Position numbers and translations under genes: made by a program. From an uncultured Candidatus Saccharibacteria bacterium (GTDB taxonomy: Bacteria > Patescibacteriota > JABMPQ01 > JAQVVF01), in assembly GCA_964574655.1 (NCBI GenBank), contig CAZNOH010000002.1:172596-236595 (forward strand): 64,000 bases of DNA, given 5' to 3'. The notes under the pieces were generated by a model. It had not been told where the DNA came from. It worked only from the letters and a program-made list of their open reading frames with translations, and did no database searches. Below are positions 19,497-29,397 of this stretch, in pieces. Position 1 is the first letter of the stretch. Each line of letters begins with the position of its first letter.

Positions 19497-19545
19497 AAAA
19501 GAGCATTAGAACTCGTTCCAGAGTTTTAAGCTCTTTTTTTATATC
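19497..19545. terminator. Rho-independent terminator, copy 2 (bidirectional, shared with clpC)
   Basis: 'aaaagagcattagaactcgttccagagttttaagctcttttttt'. Confidence 0.75.
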
Positions 19546-22047
19546 TCAAACTTTATTTTTCAAAACAACTTGATTAGAAATTTTGTCAATTTTAACAAAA
19601 GCGCCTTCTACAAATTTCTCCGAAATAATTCCTTCAGCCAATGGATCTTCAATTACCTCGCCAATTGTGCCACGAAGCGGTCTTGCGCCTCTTTCAAAAT
19701 CAAAACCTTTGTCAGCAATTTCTTTTTTAACCAAATCAGAAACAGCAATCTTGATTTTTTTATTCCACAATCTTTTTTGTAATTCTTTAATCTGCAAGTC
19801 AATAATTATTTTTATAGATTCAGGACCTAGCGGTTTAAAAATAACGACTCTGTCAATTCTATTCAAAAATTCTGGTCTATATTCTTTTTTGACATCACTC
19901 AAAATTTCTTGTTTGTAATCTTCATACGTTTTATCAAAATTTTCTGGATTATATTTTTCTGTTTCGCCAAAGCCAACTGCATTTTTAGTTATTGATTTCG
20001 TTCCTGTGTTAGAAGTCATTATAATGATTGTATTTTTGAAATCAACTTTTGTTCCAGCAGCATCAGTCAAAACGCCATCATCCAAAACTTGCAAAAACAA
20101 ATTAAAAACATCTGGATGCGCTTTTTCAATTTCATCAAACAACACAACAGCATAAGGTTTTCGCTTTACTGCTTCAGTCAATTTTCCGCCTTCTTCATAG
20201 CCGATATAGCCGGCAGGCGCGCCAATTAATTTAGAAATATTAAATTTTTCGCTGAATTCTGACATATCAATTCTAATCAAATCATCAATGTTTCCAAAAA
20301 CTTCCATGGCTAAAACTTTTGCCAATTCTGTTTTTCCGACACCAGTAGGTCCTAAAAACAAGAAAGAACCAATCGGACGATTTGGGCTAGAAATTCCAGC
20401 CCTTGCTCTTCTTATAAATTTCGCGACTAACTCAATTGCTTGTTCCTGTCCAATTACTTTTTTGCCTAAAATATTTTCTAAATTTAATAATTTTTCTTTT
20501 TCCTTTGTAACCAATGTGTCAAGAGGAATATCCGTCATCAATGACAAAGTTTTTGCAATGTCTGATGCAAATATTTCTGGCCAGATTTTTGTATCATCTA
20601 AAATGCTATATATTTTTTCTGTTATTGCAATTTCCTCTCTCTTCAAAACCAAAGCTTCCTTGAATTTTTCTTCTTTTACTTTTCTTTCCTTATCTAATTT
20701 AATTTGATCAAGCTTTTTATCTAAAATTAAAAGTTTGTCATTAACTACTATTCTTCCGTGTTCAATCTTGTGGCGAGATAAAGTTTCGTCCAAGACGTCT
20801 ATTGCTTTATCAGGCAAGAAACGATTATGCAAATATCTTTTTGATAAATAAACAGCGCTCTCAATTGCATCATCAGAAATTTTTGTGCGATGAAATTTTT
20901 CAAAATTAGCTCTGATGCCTTTTAATATTTTCATCGTTTCTATTTCATTCGGTTCGTTGATTTTTATTAGCTGAAATCTTCTGACTAATGAATTATCATT
21001 TTCAATTGTTTTTTTATAATCAGCAAATGAAGAAGTACAGATAATTTGCAAGTTGCTTGAAGACATAGCTGGTTTTAAAATACTGCCAGCATCAAAAGCG
21101 CCATTAGCTTGTCCCATTGAGATTATGGAATTAATTTCGTCAATAAATAAAATTACGTTTTTATTTTGAGCTAATTCATCAATCAAAGCTTTCAATCTCA
21201 TTTCAAATTCACCGCGGAATACAGTTCCAGCAATTAATTTTGCTGAATCTAATTTAAAAATTTTTTTATCCTTCAAAAAACCAGGCACTTTTTTTTCAAA
21301 TATTTTCTTTGCTAACCCATAGATAATTGCTGTTTTCCCGACTCCAGATTCACCAACCAGCAGGGGATTGTTTTTTTGCTTTCTTCCCAGAATATTTATA
21401 ATTCTTTCTATTTCTTTTTCTCGGCCAACAATTCTATCAAAATTTTTCAAGATTTTTTTATCGCAAATATTAGAGCAGTAAAATCTTAATGCCTCTCTAT
21501 TTTTTTTATTAGATGTTTCATAATGTTTTGTCATATCTGCAAATTTTTCTGTATTTTTTAACATTATGTTAGCTTGTTCTTCAATATATCTTAGGTTGCA
21601 TTTTAAATCTCGCAACAAGACAAAAGCTTGGCACTTTTTAATTTGTAAAATAGCCCATAACAAATGCTCTGTGCCAATGAATTTATGATTGTGTTTATTG
21701 GCGCAAGAAAATGCTTTAAGAAGCAAATTTTCTGTATCTTCTGTCAATGAAACAAAATCATCTTTCTTGAAAGTCTTGTTTTTATTGTTTAATAATTTTC
21801 CTAAATTAGCATTGGAAGATAAATCTTTTTGTTTAATAATCTTTACTTCTAATTCTGCTAATTTTAATCCAGAATTTTTCAAAATTTCCGCTGCAATCCC
21901 GCCTTTTTGGGACGCTAATCCATAAAGCAAAAAATCAGAACTTAATTGGTTTGTTCCTGATTCTTGCGTGGCTGAAAAAGCAATGTTTATTGCATCTTTC
22001 AGATTCGTTGAAAATTTATTTAAAATCTTTGGTATTTCGTCAATCAT
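19546..22047 (-). CDS. clpC: ATP-dependent Clp protease ATP-binding subunit ClpC (two AAA+ modules, Clp_N repeats, no long ClpB M-domain)
   Basis: Walker A 'GESGVGKTAI' (D1) and 'GPTGVGKTELAK' (D2), plus a ClpB_D2-small domain. 833 aa. Confidence 0.88.
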   Translation of the reverse strand: MIDEIPKILNKFSTNLKDAINIAFSATQESGTNQLSSDFLLYGLASQKGGIAAEILKNSGLKLAELEVKIIKQKDLSSNANLGKLLNNKNKTFKKDDFVSLTEDTENLLLKAFSCANKHNHKFIGTEHLLWAILQIKKCQAFVLLRDLKCNLRYIEEQANIMLKNTEKFADMTKHYETSNKKNREALRFYCSNICDKKILKNFDRIVGREKEIERIINILGRKQKNNPLLVGESGVGKTAIIYGLAKKIFEKKVPGFLKDKKIFKLDSAKLIAGTVFRGEFEMRLKALIDELAQNKNVILFIDEINSIISMGQANGAFDAGSILKPAMSSSNLQIICTSSFADYKKTIENDNSLVRRFQLIKINEPNEIETMKILKGIRANFEKFHRTKISDDAIESAVYLSKRYLHNRFLPDKAIDVLDETLSRHKIEHGRIVVNDKLLILDKKLDQIKLDKERKVKEEKFKEALVLKREEIAITEKIYSILDDTKIWPEIFASDIAKTLSLMTDIPLDTLVTKEKEKLLNLENILGKKVIGQEQAIELVAKFIRRARAGISSPNRPIGSFLFLGPTGVGKTELAKVLAMEVFGNIDDLIRIDMSEFSEKFNISKLIGAPAGYIGYEEGGKLTEAVKRKPYAVVLFDEIEKAHPDVFNLFLQVLDDGVLTDAAGTKVDFKNTIIIMTSNTGTKSITKNAVGFGETEKYNPENFDKTYEDYKQEILSDVKKEYRPEFLNRIDRVVIFKPLGPESIKIIIDLQIKELQKRLWNKKIKIAVSDLVKKEIADKGFDFERGARPLRGTIGEVIEDPLAEGIISEKFVEGAFVKIDKISNQVVLKNKV

Positions 22048-22054
22048 ATCTACA

Positions 22055-22133
22055 TGTCATCCTGAACCGCAGTGAAGGATCCCGTTATTATTATAGAATT
22101 ACGGGATTCTTCGGTTGCGACCTCAGAATGACA
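22055..22133. repeat. Palindromic MITE/REP-like element, copy 1 (TIR TGTCATYCTGA...TCAGAATGACA)
   Basis: Imperfect inverted repeat 'tgtcatcctgaaccgcagtgaaggatcccg' / 'cgggattcttcggttgcgacctcagaatgaca'. Homologous copies at 24527 and 44843. It sits 8 bp upstream of the clpC start codon. Confidence 0.7.
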
Positions 22134-22258
22134 AAATTAATTTAGTTCTTAAGTCTCGATAATCATAGTATAGAATTTACAAAAATTCAAGACTAATTGC
22201 TCAATTGCTAAATTGTTATATAATAAATTTAGCCATAAAAAAAGAGGCAAAATAACCT

Positions 22259-22708
22259 CTAGCTCAAAAAACGCTTCAAAAGATCAACACGTCCTATCAT
22301 TGCAGTAATTTTTTCAAACATTGTTTGACCATTCTTGGCCAAAGCTGTTCCTTGCCAGACTCTTTCTTCTTCTAAATTTCCAACCAGATATCCTCTCGCT
22401 TCATTTAGATATTGTGTGACCTCAATTCGATTCGATGACACAGTAATATTGAATAAGATATAGCTAGTAATTTCTTCCTTGCCTTGTAAATCGGTTCGCT
22501 TCAATATCACCCTTGGATTTTTGCAAGGAAAAATTTTTAGCCAAATCGTCAGAGTCGCACTGCATTCAATTTCGAAAATCAAAGCATCTTCCGTAGTTAC
22601 CTCAAAAAAAGTGCGAACTTGTTCATCCGTCTCAGTAGCTGACAAAGATTTGCAAAGTTGATACAATCTATCAAATTCGTCGTTTAATCGCTCTTCGTGC
22701 TCATTCAT
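22259..22708 (-). CDS. Hypothetical cytoplasmic protein (149 aa; possibly YbjN-like)
   Basis: ORF with acidic N-terminus. No diagnostic motif. Confidence 0.4.
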   Translation of the reverse strand: MNEHEERLNDEFDRLYQLCKSLSATETDEQVRTFFEVTTEDALIFEIECSATLTIWLKIFPCKNPRVILKRTDLQGKEEITSYILFNITVSSNRIEVTQYLNEARGYLVGNLEEERVWQGTALAKNGQTMFEKITAMIGRVDLLKRFLS

Positions 22709-22782
22709 CTCTGACTCCTTTTTGAAAGTAGTATTTAGTAATAATCAATTAATGCTTTAAATAAAGCAAAAGTAGGTATTGA

Positions 22783-23304
22783 TTGCTTATAAATGCTACT
22801 ATCAAGAATACATATTACTATATGTCAAATAAACAATTTTGTCAAGCATTAGATTATTCTCAAAAACTTCTTTCTCAATATCAAAGAACTGTTTTTGAAA
22901 TCAAGGAAAAATTAAAAAAAAAGAATTGCTCGCCAAAGATAATTAACCAAGCCATCAAATATCTTCAAGAAAAAGATTATCTTAACGATCAAGAATATGC
23001 CGAAACATGGTTAGAATTTCAGCTCAAAAATCGTCCATGTGGAAGAATAATTTGTTATAAAAAATTAACGCAGAAAGGCATTTCCAAAAACTTAGCCAGC
23101 CAAATTTTGGCTGAAAACTATTCTGATGAAAAAGAACTAGAGCTAGTAAAAATGTTAGCCCAGAAAAAATGCAGGGACTTTGCATTGCAACGTCTTGGCG
23201 ATAAAAAGAAAAGAATGCTTAAAATAAATTCATATCTGAAAAATAAAGGCTTTTCGGAAAGCATAATTATCCAATATCTTGAAAGTTGTGGGTATTTTAA
23301 TTGA
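22783..23304 (+). CDS. recX: RecX-like regulatory protein
   Basis: Three repeated helical units with 'L..KGIS..L....L' patterns ('YKKLTQKGISKNLASQILAEN'). Alternative start at 22822 (MSNKQ). Confidence 0.55.
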   Translation: MLINATIKNTYYYMSNKQFCQALDYSQKLLSQYQRTVFEIKEKLKKKNCSPKIINQAIKYLQEKDYLNDQEYAETWLEFQLKNRPCGRIICYKKLTQKGISKNLASQILAENYSDEKELELVKMLAQKKCRDFALQRLGDKKKRMLKINSYLKNKGFSESIIIQYLESCGYFN

Positions 23305-23461
23305 TAGATTTTTAATTATTTGCTATAATTATTCTAAGAAATAAGAAACATTCAAAATCAAAAATTAACAAATAAATATCTTTAGCTAAAATCAACAAAT
23401 ATTTTCTAATTTTTTTTGTTTGTGTTTTTAATTTTTGGTATTTAATATTTAATTTTGCTAC

Positions 23462-24514
23462 ATGCAACTTCAAGAGCTTTTAGCTGAAGTCGTAAAACAA
23501 AATGCTTCTGATCTGCATATTACGGTAGGCAAGCCTCCAACGATTAGAGTTAATGATCAGCTAATTCCAATCGCCAATAGAGAAGTAATCACTCCTGAAA
23601 TAGCCGAGAATTTAGTTTTGAGTTTATTAACAAAAGAACAAAAAGATATCCTTTTGCAAGATAAGGAGTTTGATTTTTCTTATGCCTATAGCGATCAAGG
23701 ACGTTTTCGTGTTAACGCTTATTTTCAAAAAAGTTATCTAGCCGCAGCCTTAAGATTGATTCCTGCCAAAGTTAAAACACTTGAAGAATTGAATCTGCCA
23801 GTAGTTTTAAAAAGCTTTGCAGATGCCAAGCAAGGATTCTTTATCGCTTGCGGACCTGCTGGCCATGGAAAAACCACAACAGTAGCAGCAATGATTGACC
23901 ATATTAACAAACAAAGAGCTGATCACATTATTACTATTGAAGATCCAATTGAATATACTTTTATCCAAGACAAATGTTTGATTGACCAGCGTGAAGTTCA
24001 TCTTGATACTCATTCTTTTCCGCAAGCATTGAAATCCTGTCTCCGCCAAGACCCTGATGTCATTTTTGTCGGTGAAATGCGCGACTTAGAAACAATTTCT
24101 ACTGCCGCGACTTTGGCAGAAACTGGCCATTTAGTTTTATCAACTTTGCACACGAATACTGCAGCCGAAACAATAGACCGTATGGTTGGAGTTTTTCCGC
24201 CGCATCAGCAAGAGCAGATTCGTTTCCAGCTTGCCAGCTCTTTGCTCGGCATGATTTCTCAAAGATTAATTCCAAGAATAGACAAGCCAGGCCGAATCGT
24301 TGTCGCTGAAGTTCTAAAAATAAATTCTGCTGCCAGAAATTTAATTCGAGAAGGAAAAACTTATCAATTGAATAATATTATTTTAACAAGCAAGCAAGAA
24401 GGCATGATTTCACTAGATACTTCATTAGCTGAATTAGTAAAATCAAAAATTATTAGCAAAGAAAATGCGTTAGCTTATGCGATTGATCAAAAGAATTTGA
24501 GCATGTTATTATAA
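23462..24514 (+). CDS. pilT: Type IV pilus retraction ATPase PilT
   Basis: Walker A 'GPAGHGKTTT', Asp box 'DVIFVGEMRD', His box. Confidence 0.9.
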   Translation: MQLQELLAEVVKQNASDLHITVGKPPTIRVNDQLIPIANREVITPEIAENLVLSLLTKEQKDILLQDKEFDFSYAYSDQGRFRVNAYFQKSYLAAALRLIPAKVKTLEELNLPVVLKSFADAKQGFFIACGPAGHGKTTTVAAMIDHINKQRADHIITIEDPIEYTFIQDKCLIDQREVHLDTHSFPQALKSCLRQDPDVIFVGEMRDLETISTAATLAETGHLVLSTLHTNTAAETIDRMVGVFPPHQQEQIRFQLASSLLGMISQRLIPRIDKPGRIVVAEVLKINSAARNLIREGKTYQLNNIILTSKQEGMISLDTSLAELVKSKIISKENALAYAIDQKNLSMLL

Positions 24515-24526
24515 TTTTGTCATTCT

Positions 24527-24594
24527 GAACTGCAGTGAAGAATTCCGTAGTTTTCACTTAATAACAGGATCCTTCGCTTCGGCTCAGGATGACA
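24527..24594. repeat. Palindromic MITE/REP-like element, copy 2
   Basis: 'ttgtcattctgaactgcagtgaagaattccg...aggatccttcgcttcggctcaggatgacaa'. Same terminal inverted repeats as copies 1 and 3. Confidence 0.7.
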
Positions 24595-24646
24595 ATAAAT
24601 ACGATTTTAATAAATAAATCTCTTTGAAAGGGGGTGAAAATAGAAA

Positions 24647-25072
24647 ATGTTAAGAAGAAAACAAAAAGGTTTCACTTTGATTGAGTTATTGGTTGTTATT
24701 GCTATTATCGGTATTTTGGCAGCAATCGTCTTCGTTGCTTTAGGAACAGCAAGAAGAAAAGCAAGAGACGCAAGACGCGAATCAGATGTTCGCCAAGTCG
24801 CACTAGCTATGGAATTGTATAATGATGACAATGGCGCCTATATAACAAACGCCGGCCCAGCAGTTCCAGCAATTGGCACATATATGCCAACAGCGCCTTC
24901 AGATCCAGGCTCAGGTAGCTACGTTTGGGTAAGCAATGTTGCTAATGCTCAAGACTATGCAGTTTATTCGACATTAGAAAAAACATGTACAAATACTTGT
25001 TACATGGTAGCAAATCCAAATGGAGTTCAAGAAGTTGATCAAGCAGCTGCACCTACATTAGCACTTCCATAG
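24647..25072 (+). CDS. Type IV pilin (prepilin-type N-terminal cleavage/methylation domain)
   Basis: '[22 protein letters not shown]' class III signal sequence. SD 'aagggggtga'. Confidence 0.88.
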   Translation: MLRRKQKGFTLIELLVVIAIIGILAAIVFVALGTARRKARDARRESDVRQVALAMELYNDDNGAYITNAGPAVPAIGTYMPTAPSDPGSGSYVWVSNVANAQDYAVYSTLEKTCTNTCYMVANPNGVQEVDQAAAPTLALP

Positions 25073-25082
25073 TTTTATACTT

Positions 25083-25118
25083 AAACTGGCGGAGCAGAAA
25101 AATGTTCCGCCAGTTTAA
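25083..25118 (+). terminator. Rho-independent terminator after the pilin gene
   Basis: 'actggcggagcagaaaaatgttccgccagttt'. Confidence 0.7.
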
Positions 25119-25206
25119 TGTGCAGTTGATAAAAAATAAAAACCTAAAAATATAAAAATCTAGTTTAGTCAGTTTATTTTTTAGTTCTTTATTTTTTTAG
25201 ATTTTT

Positions 25207-25635
25207 ATGAAAAAACAAAAGGGATTTACTTTGATAGAAATATTGGTAGTTGTCGCCATCATCGGCATTTTAGCATCAATTGCCCTTATAGGCGTTAATG
25301 ATGCTAGAGAAAAAGCTCGAGACGCGCGTCGAGTTTCTGATCTATATCAAATTTCTCAAGCAATAGAAATGTATAACAATGCTTCTGGAATATATCCAGA
25401 AAATTTAGCATCAAATCTTTCTTATTATTTTCCAAAAGGCTTGCCAAAAGATCCAAACCCAAATAATAATTACGATTATATTTATAATGGCTCAAAATGT
25501 TACATCCTGAGAGCAAAGCTAGACAGGAATAATAAAGATGTCCTTAAAAGAGATTTGGATAACGAGATTAGTTGTGGATCATCATTGGATTGCAACGACG
25601 AATCTCTTTATTATTGCGTAGGTAATAACCAATAG
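25207..25635 (+). CDS. Type IV pilin / pseudopilin (second paralog)
   Basis: 'KGFTLIEILVVVAIIGILASIAL' N-terminal motif. Confidence 0.85.
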   Translation: MKKQKGFTLIEILVVVAIIGILASIALIGVNDAREKARDARRVSDLYQISQAIEMYNNASGIYPENLASNLSYYFPKGLPKDPNPNNNYDYIYNGSKCYILRAKLDRNNKDVLKRDLDNEISCGSSLDCNDESLYYCVGNNQ

Positions 25636-25636
25636 T

Positions 25637-26446
25637 ATGTTAATTTTACCAATAATTATAATCTTTGTTTTGGGCCTTGTTGTTGGCAGTTTTTTAAATG
25701 TTGTCATTAATCGGCTAAATATCAATCAAAATTTAGCTTCACCGAGATCCTATTGTCCAAAATGCAAACATCAATTGAATTTTTGGGACTTAATTCCTAT
25801 TTTTAGTTTTATTTTTTTAAGAGGTAAATGTCGTTATTGTCAGAAAAAGATTTCTTGGCAATATCCATTAGTAGAACTTGCAACTGGAATCTCTTTTATA
25901 CTAATCTTTTTTAAATTTGTTAATATCAATAATATTAATTTAGATTTCGTAGTTATTTTAGAACAGCTCCTGATCTATTTCTTTTTTACAAGTATATTAA
26001 TAATAATTTTTGTTTACGATCTAAAGCATTATCTAATTCCAAACAAAATTATTTATCCAGCGATTTTAATCACTTTATTAATTCAGATTTTGCCAATTCC
26101 GGAATATCCAAGTATTTCTATTTCAAGCTTGATCATCGGTTCGTTAATACCAGGAATATTTTTTTTAATTCTTGTCCTTGTTTCTAAAGAAAAATGGATG
26201 GGAGCAGGCGATATAAAGTTAGGTTTTTTAAGCGGTTTGATTGTTGGCTATCCAAATATTTTGGTTACCTTATTCATCTCATTTGTAGTAGGCGCAATCA
26301 TTGGTATTATCCTAATAATCTCAAAGAAAAAGGCTTTAAAAGACAAAATGCCATATGGCACCTTGCTAACTTTCGCGACTTTTGCCACAATTTTGTTTGG
26401 CAGTCAAGTTATTGACTGGTATCTAGGCTTTTTAGGCATAATGTGA
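25637..26446 (+). CDS. pilD: Prepilin peptidase (A24 family) PilD
   Basis: N-terminal zinc-binding CPKC...CRYC, 8 TM helices, conserved Asp residues. Confidence 0.85.
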   Translation: MLILPIIIIFVLGLVVGSFLNVVINRLNINQNLASPRSYCPKCKHQLNFWDLIPIFSFIFLRGKCRYCQKKISWQYPLVELATGISFILIFFKFVNINNINLDFVVILEQLLIYFFFTSILIIIFVYDLKHYLIPNKIIYPAILITLLIQILPIPEYPSISISSLIIGSLIPGIFFLILVLVSKEKWMGAGDIKLGFLSGLIVGYPNILVTLFISFVVGAIIGIILIISKKKALKDKMPYGTLLTFATFATILFGSQVIDWYLGFLGIM

Positions 26447-26533
26447 TACAATATTTTTGTAGATTCGCATATTCGCAACATTTGCATTTATTTGTATATT
26501 CGTATTATATTCAATAAAAAATAAAATAAAAAA

Positions 26534-28075
26534 ATGAACAAACTAAAGTTTTATCTGGCAGGCGTTTTTTGTCTTGCCACAATATTTGGAGTCAGCCACT
26601 TTGTTTCTGCTGCTTCAACCATCTCTGGTAAAATTTTAAGAGAAAATGGCACGCCAGTCTACAATACTACAGTCTATGCCTATAGCGATACTCAAAAATT
26701 TAGTGACGCAACTGATGTAAATGGAGATTATGCTATTAATATTACTGGAACGACTGTTTCTGGTAGCTATACTATTATCACCAGTGGTCAAGTCTCAATT
26801 AGTGATGGGGCCTCAGCTAATTCTTTAGGCTATCACAACGAATATTTTTATTTTCAATCAACGGCAATTACTGTTGTTGATGGAGTAAATCAAAATGGCG
26901 TTAATTTATCTTTAAAACAGCATGGCATGTTATCTGGCAATATTGCCAGCAGTAGCGGTGTGCCAATTTATTATACTAGTATCACTCTATTAAGCAAAAA
27001 TGAAAATTCTGTATTTGGATCTGACTACGCTGATGAAATTGGTAATTATTATGTCACGCCTCTCAAAATTTATGATACTAGAGGTACTCAAAATACTCAA
27101 GGATATTATTATGCTCGAATTTATGCCGCGGGTTATTTACCCAAATATATTGACAATATCCAAATTCTTGATAACCAAACCGCTACTTTAAATATTACTC
27201 TGGTTCGAAATAGCTATGTTTCTGGTCAAATTACTAATAAAAACGGCGCGCCGCTATCTAATATTATTATTAAGGCTTACAAATTAGGTGGCGTTGATGC
27301 CCTGTCTTATGCCACAACTGATCAAAATGGAAATTATCAAATAGAAATTGGCAATACTTTAAATACCTACGGTTATGACTATTATGGAGAATATACTGCT
27401 GTTGGTAAATATACAATTGAAGTTAGTCCCAATGACGCTTCTGGTTATGCCAAAAAAACCAAAAAAATAACCATCAGTTCTGACGAATCAGCTCTCTCGG
27501 GTGTTAATTTTAAGCTTTCCGCAAAAAGAGGTTCTCTTTCGGGCAGAATTTTAACGGCTAAGAAAAAAGCAATAAATGGCGCTTTAGTTAAAATTTACCT
27601 TCTAAAAGATCCAACCGTTTACGCCCAAAGCTATACTGATGCTTCTGGAAATTATAGTTTTTCAGAGTTGCCAACGGGCAATTATTATTTAAGCATTGTT
27701 AAAAGCAATTACGCATTTAAAGAAATTGCCAAATTAAAGATTAAAGGCCATAAAACCAAAAACTATAAACTAGGCCCGGCTGGCGTGATTTCAGGCTATG
27801 TTTTTGATAGCGTAACTAAAAAACCGCTTAGTAGTATTGCAGTTCGCCTTATAGGCTCCGATCTGACTAGTTGGACCAACACTTATGGTTATTATAAAAT
27901 TAATTATGTCCCAACCGGCAAAAGAAAAGTTTTTGTCAAAGAGGTTGCTTATGCCGAACAATTTTATTTAAAAGCAACAACAGCTGTAAAATCTAAAAAA
28001 ATAAAAGTCAAAAAAGGCAAGGAATCAAAGAATGTCAATTTTTATTTAACTCCATTTTCAAGAATTTATAAATAA
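26534..28075 (+). CDS. Secreted protein with repeated CarboxypepD_reg/Cna-B-like beta-sandwich domains
   Basis: Signal peptide. Repeated 'G.V.d..t..Pl..a.V.l....GnY.f..lp.G.Y' patterns ('SGYVFDSVTKKPLSSIAVRL', 'GNYYLSIVKSNY'). Confidence 0.55.
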   Translation: MNKLKFYLAGVFCLATIFGVSHFVSAASTISGKILRENGTPVYNTTVYAYSDTQKFSDATDVNGDYAINITGTTVSGSYTIITSGQVSISDGASANSLGYHNEYFYFQSTAITVVDGVNQNGVNLSLKQHGMLSGNIASSSGVPIYYTSITLLSKNENSVFGSDYADEIGNYYVTPLKIYDTRGTQNTQGYYYARIYAAGYLPKYIDNIQILDNQTATLNITLVRNSYVSGQITNKNGAPLSNIIIKAYKLGGVDALSYATTDQNGNYQIEIGNTLNTYGYDYYGEYTAVGKYTIEVSPNDASGYAKKTKKITISSDESALSGVNFKLSAKRGSLSGRILTAKKKAINGALVKIYLLKDPTVYAQSYTDASGNYSFSELPTGNYYLSIVKSNYAFKEIAKLKIKGHKTKNYKLGPAGVISGYVFDSVTKKPLSSIAVRLIGSDLTSWTNTYGYYKINYVPTGKRKVFVKEVAYAEQFYLKATTAVKSKKIKVKKGKESKNVNFYLTPFSRIYK

Positions 28076-28113
28076 TCGCGAATTTACACAAATTTAGCAC
28101 AAACAGCACAAAT

Positions 28114-28142
28114 AAAAACGAGATTCAATTCTCGTTTTTATT
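28114..28142 (+). terminator. Rho-independent terminator
   Basis: 'aaaacgagattcaattctcgttttta'. Confidence 0.65.
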
Positions 28143-28173
28143 ATTTGTGAAATTTGTGTAGAATTTGTGAAAA

Positions 28174-29061
28174 TTAGAGATTATTTATTTCAATCATTCT
28201 ATTGGCATGATTATTTCCACTCACATTGACTTCAAAATAATGATAATAGCTATCATCGCTTTTCATAAAATCATATTGAGGCAACGATCCAGCACTTCCG
28301 ACAATCGTCATTGTTATGCTTTGAAGATTAAACGGAAAATACATGTGCAGATGTCCAGAATAAACTTCTTTCACATTATTTTTTACGTCATTAATAATTT
28401 CATAAAATTTTTCATAGCTGGCAAAAGTTTGTTTTGTTCCGCCATCATTGATTTCAAAAACATCTTCAAAAGGAATTTTAGTTGGTCTATGCATAAAAAT
28501 AAAAGTCGGGTATTTATTCACGCTTAAATCTTTAGTTAGCCAATCAAGTTGTTCATCAGAAAATCCTTCCAAATTCCAAGAATTATCTAAAATAACAAAA
28601 TGATTTTCTTCATAATCAAAAGATTGATATAGATTTTTATAATAATTCAAAAAAATTGATTTATTCTGTTCATCTTGCAAAATATCATGATTGCCAGGTA
28701 CAACATAATACGGAATATCTAAATTTTTGGCCATGTAATTTCTAAATTCCTCAAATTCTTTAGCCGTGCCATTTTGCGTAAAATCTCCTAAATGAACAAA
28801 AAATTTAGCATTGCCTTGATTAACCTTTTCAACTATTTTTTTATAAATTTGATTTAAATCATCACCTTCTCGTCCTGAATCAGAAGCAACAGCAAAAGTA
28901 AAATCTGTTTCATTAGAAACAAAATTTTTAATTTTATCAGTCAAATTCGCTTTGTTTACGGAATTATCAAGCTTTGGTTTTAAATAATATATATAAAAAC
29001 CAACTAAAAGAAGCAAGCTTAAAATTAACGCTAAAATAAAACAAGAAATATGCTTTTTCAT
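28174..29061 (-). CDS. Calcineurin-like metallophosphoesterase (membrane anchored)
   Basis: Motifs 'FAVASDSG', 'HLGDF', 'VPGNHD' and 'GHLH'. Confidence 0.8.
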   Translation of the reverse strand: MKKHISCFILALILSLLLLVGFYIYYLKPKLDNSVNKANLTDKIKNFVSNETDFTFAVASDSGREGDDLNQIYKKIVEKVNQGNAKFFVHLGDFTQNGTAKEFEEFRNYMAKNLDIPYYVVPGNHDILQDEQNKSIFLNYYKNLYQSFDYEENHFVILDNSWNLEGFSDEQLDWLTKDLSVNKYPTFIFMHRPTKIPFEDVFEINDGGTKQTFASYEKFYEIINDVKNNVKEVYSGHLHMYFPFNLQSITMTIVGSAGSLPQYDFMKSDDSYYHYFEVNVSGNNHANRMIEINNL

Positions 29062-29109
29062 AACTTTATGATAAAATTATAATACAACTCTAATAATTAA
29101 GCCAATAAT

Positions 29110-29391
29110 ATGGACAAACTCAAAAAAATTAATCAATTCTTATTTTGGGATATCAATCTAAAGAAAATTGACCCAGAAAAAAATAAAAACTTCATTATTC
29201 ATCGCATTTTATCTTATGGAACAATGGATGATATCAGAGAGCTTTTCAAAATTTATAATAAAGAAACTATCAAGAAAGAATTTTTAAAAGCTCAGCCTGG
29301 AATTTATTATCCTAATATTTTAAAGCTTTGCCAGCATCTTTTAGGCATTAAAGAAATTGATAAAGATAAATATTTAAAAAAAATAAGATAA
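29110..29391 (+). CDS. Small partner protein of AbiEii-like nucleotidyltransferase (putative antitoxin), copy 1
   Basis: 93 aa, ends 7 bp before the AbiEii-like gene. Homologous to 50509.. ('WDINLKKIDPEK...SYGTMDDIREL' vs 'WSYNLDELNPKD...NYGTWEQLNWL'). Confidence 0.55.
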   Translation: MDKLKKINQFLFWDINLKKIDPEKNKNFIIHRILSYGTMDDIRELFKIYNKETIKKEFLKAQPGIYYPNILKLCQHLLGIKEIDKDKYLKKIR

Positions 29392-29397
29392 AATAAC

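Noticed and set aside
20288-20707. Plus-strand ORFs within clpC (e.g. 139 aa at 20288) and within cheB (59425..59871 minus), recG and others
   Set aside because: Antisense to long CDSs with unambiguous Walker and family motifs. Shadow ORFs.
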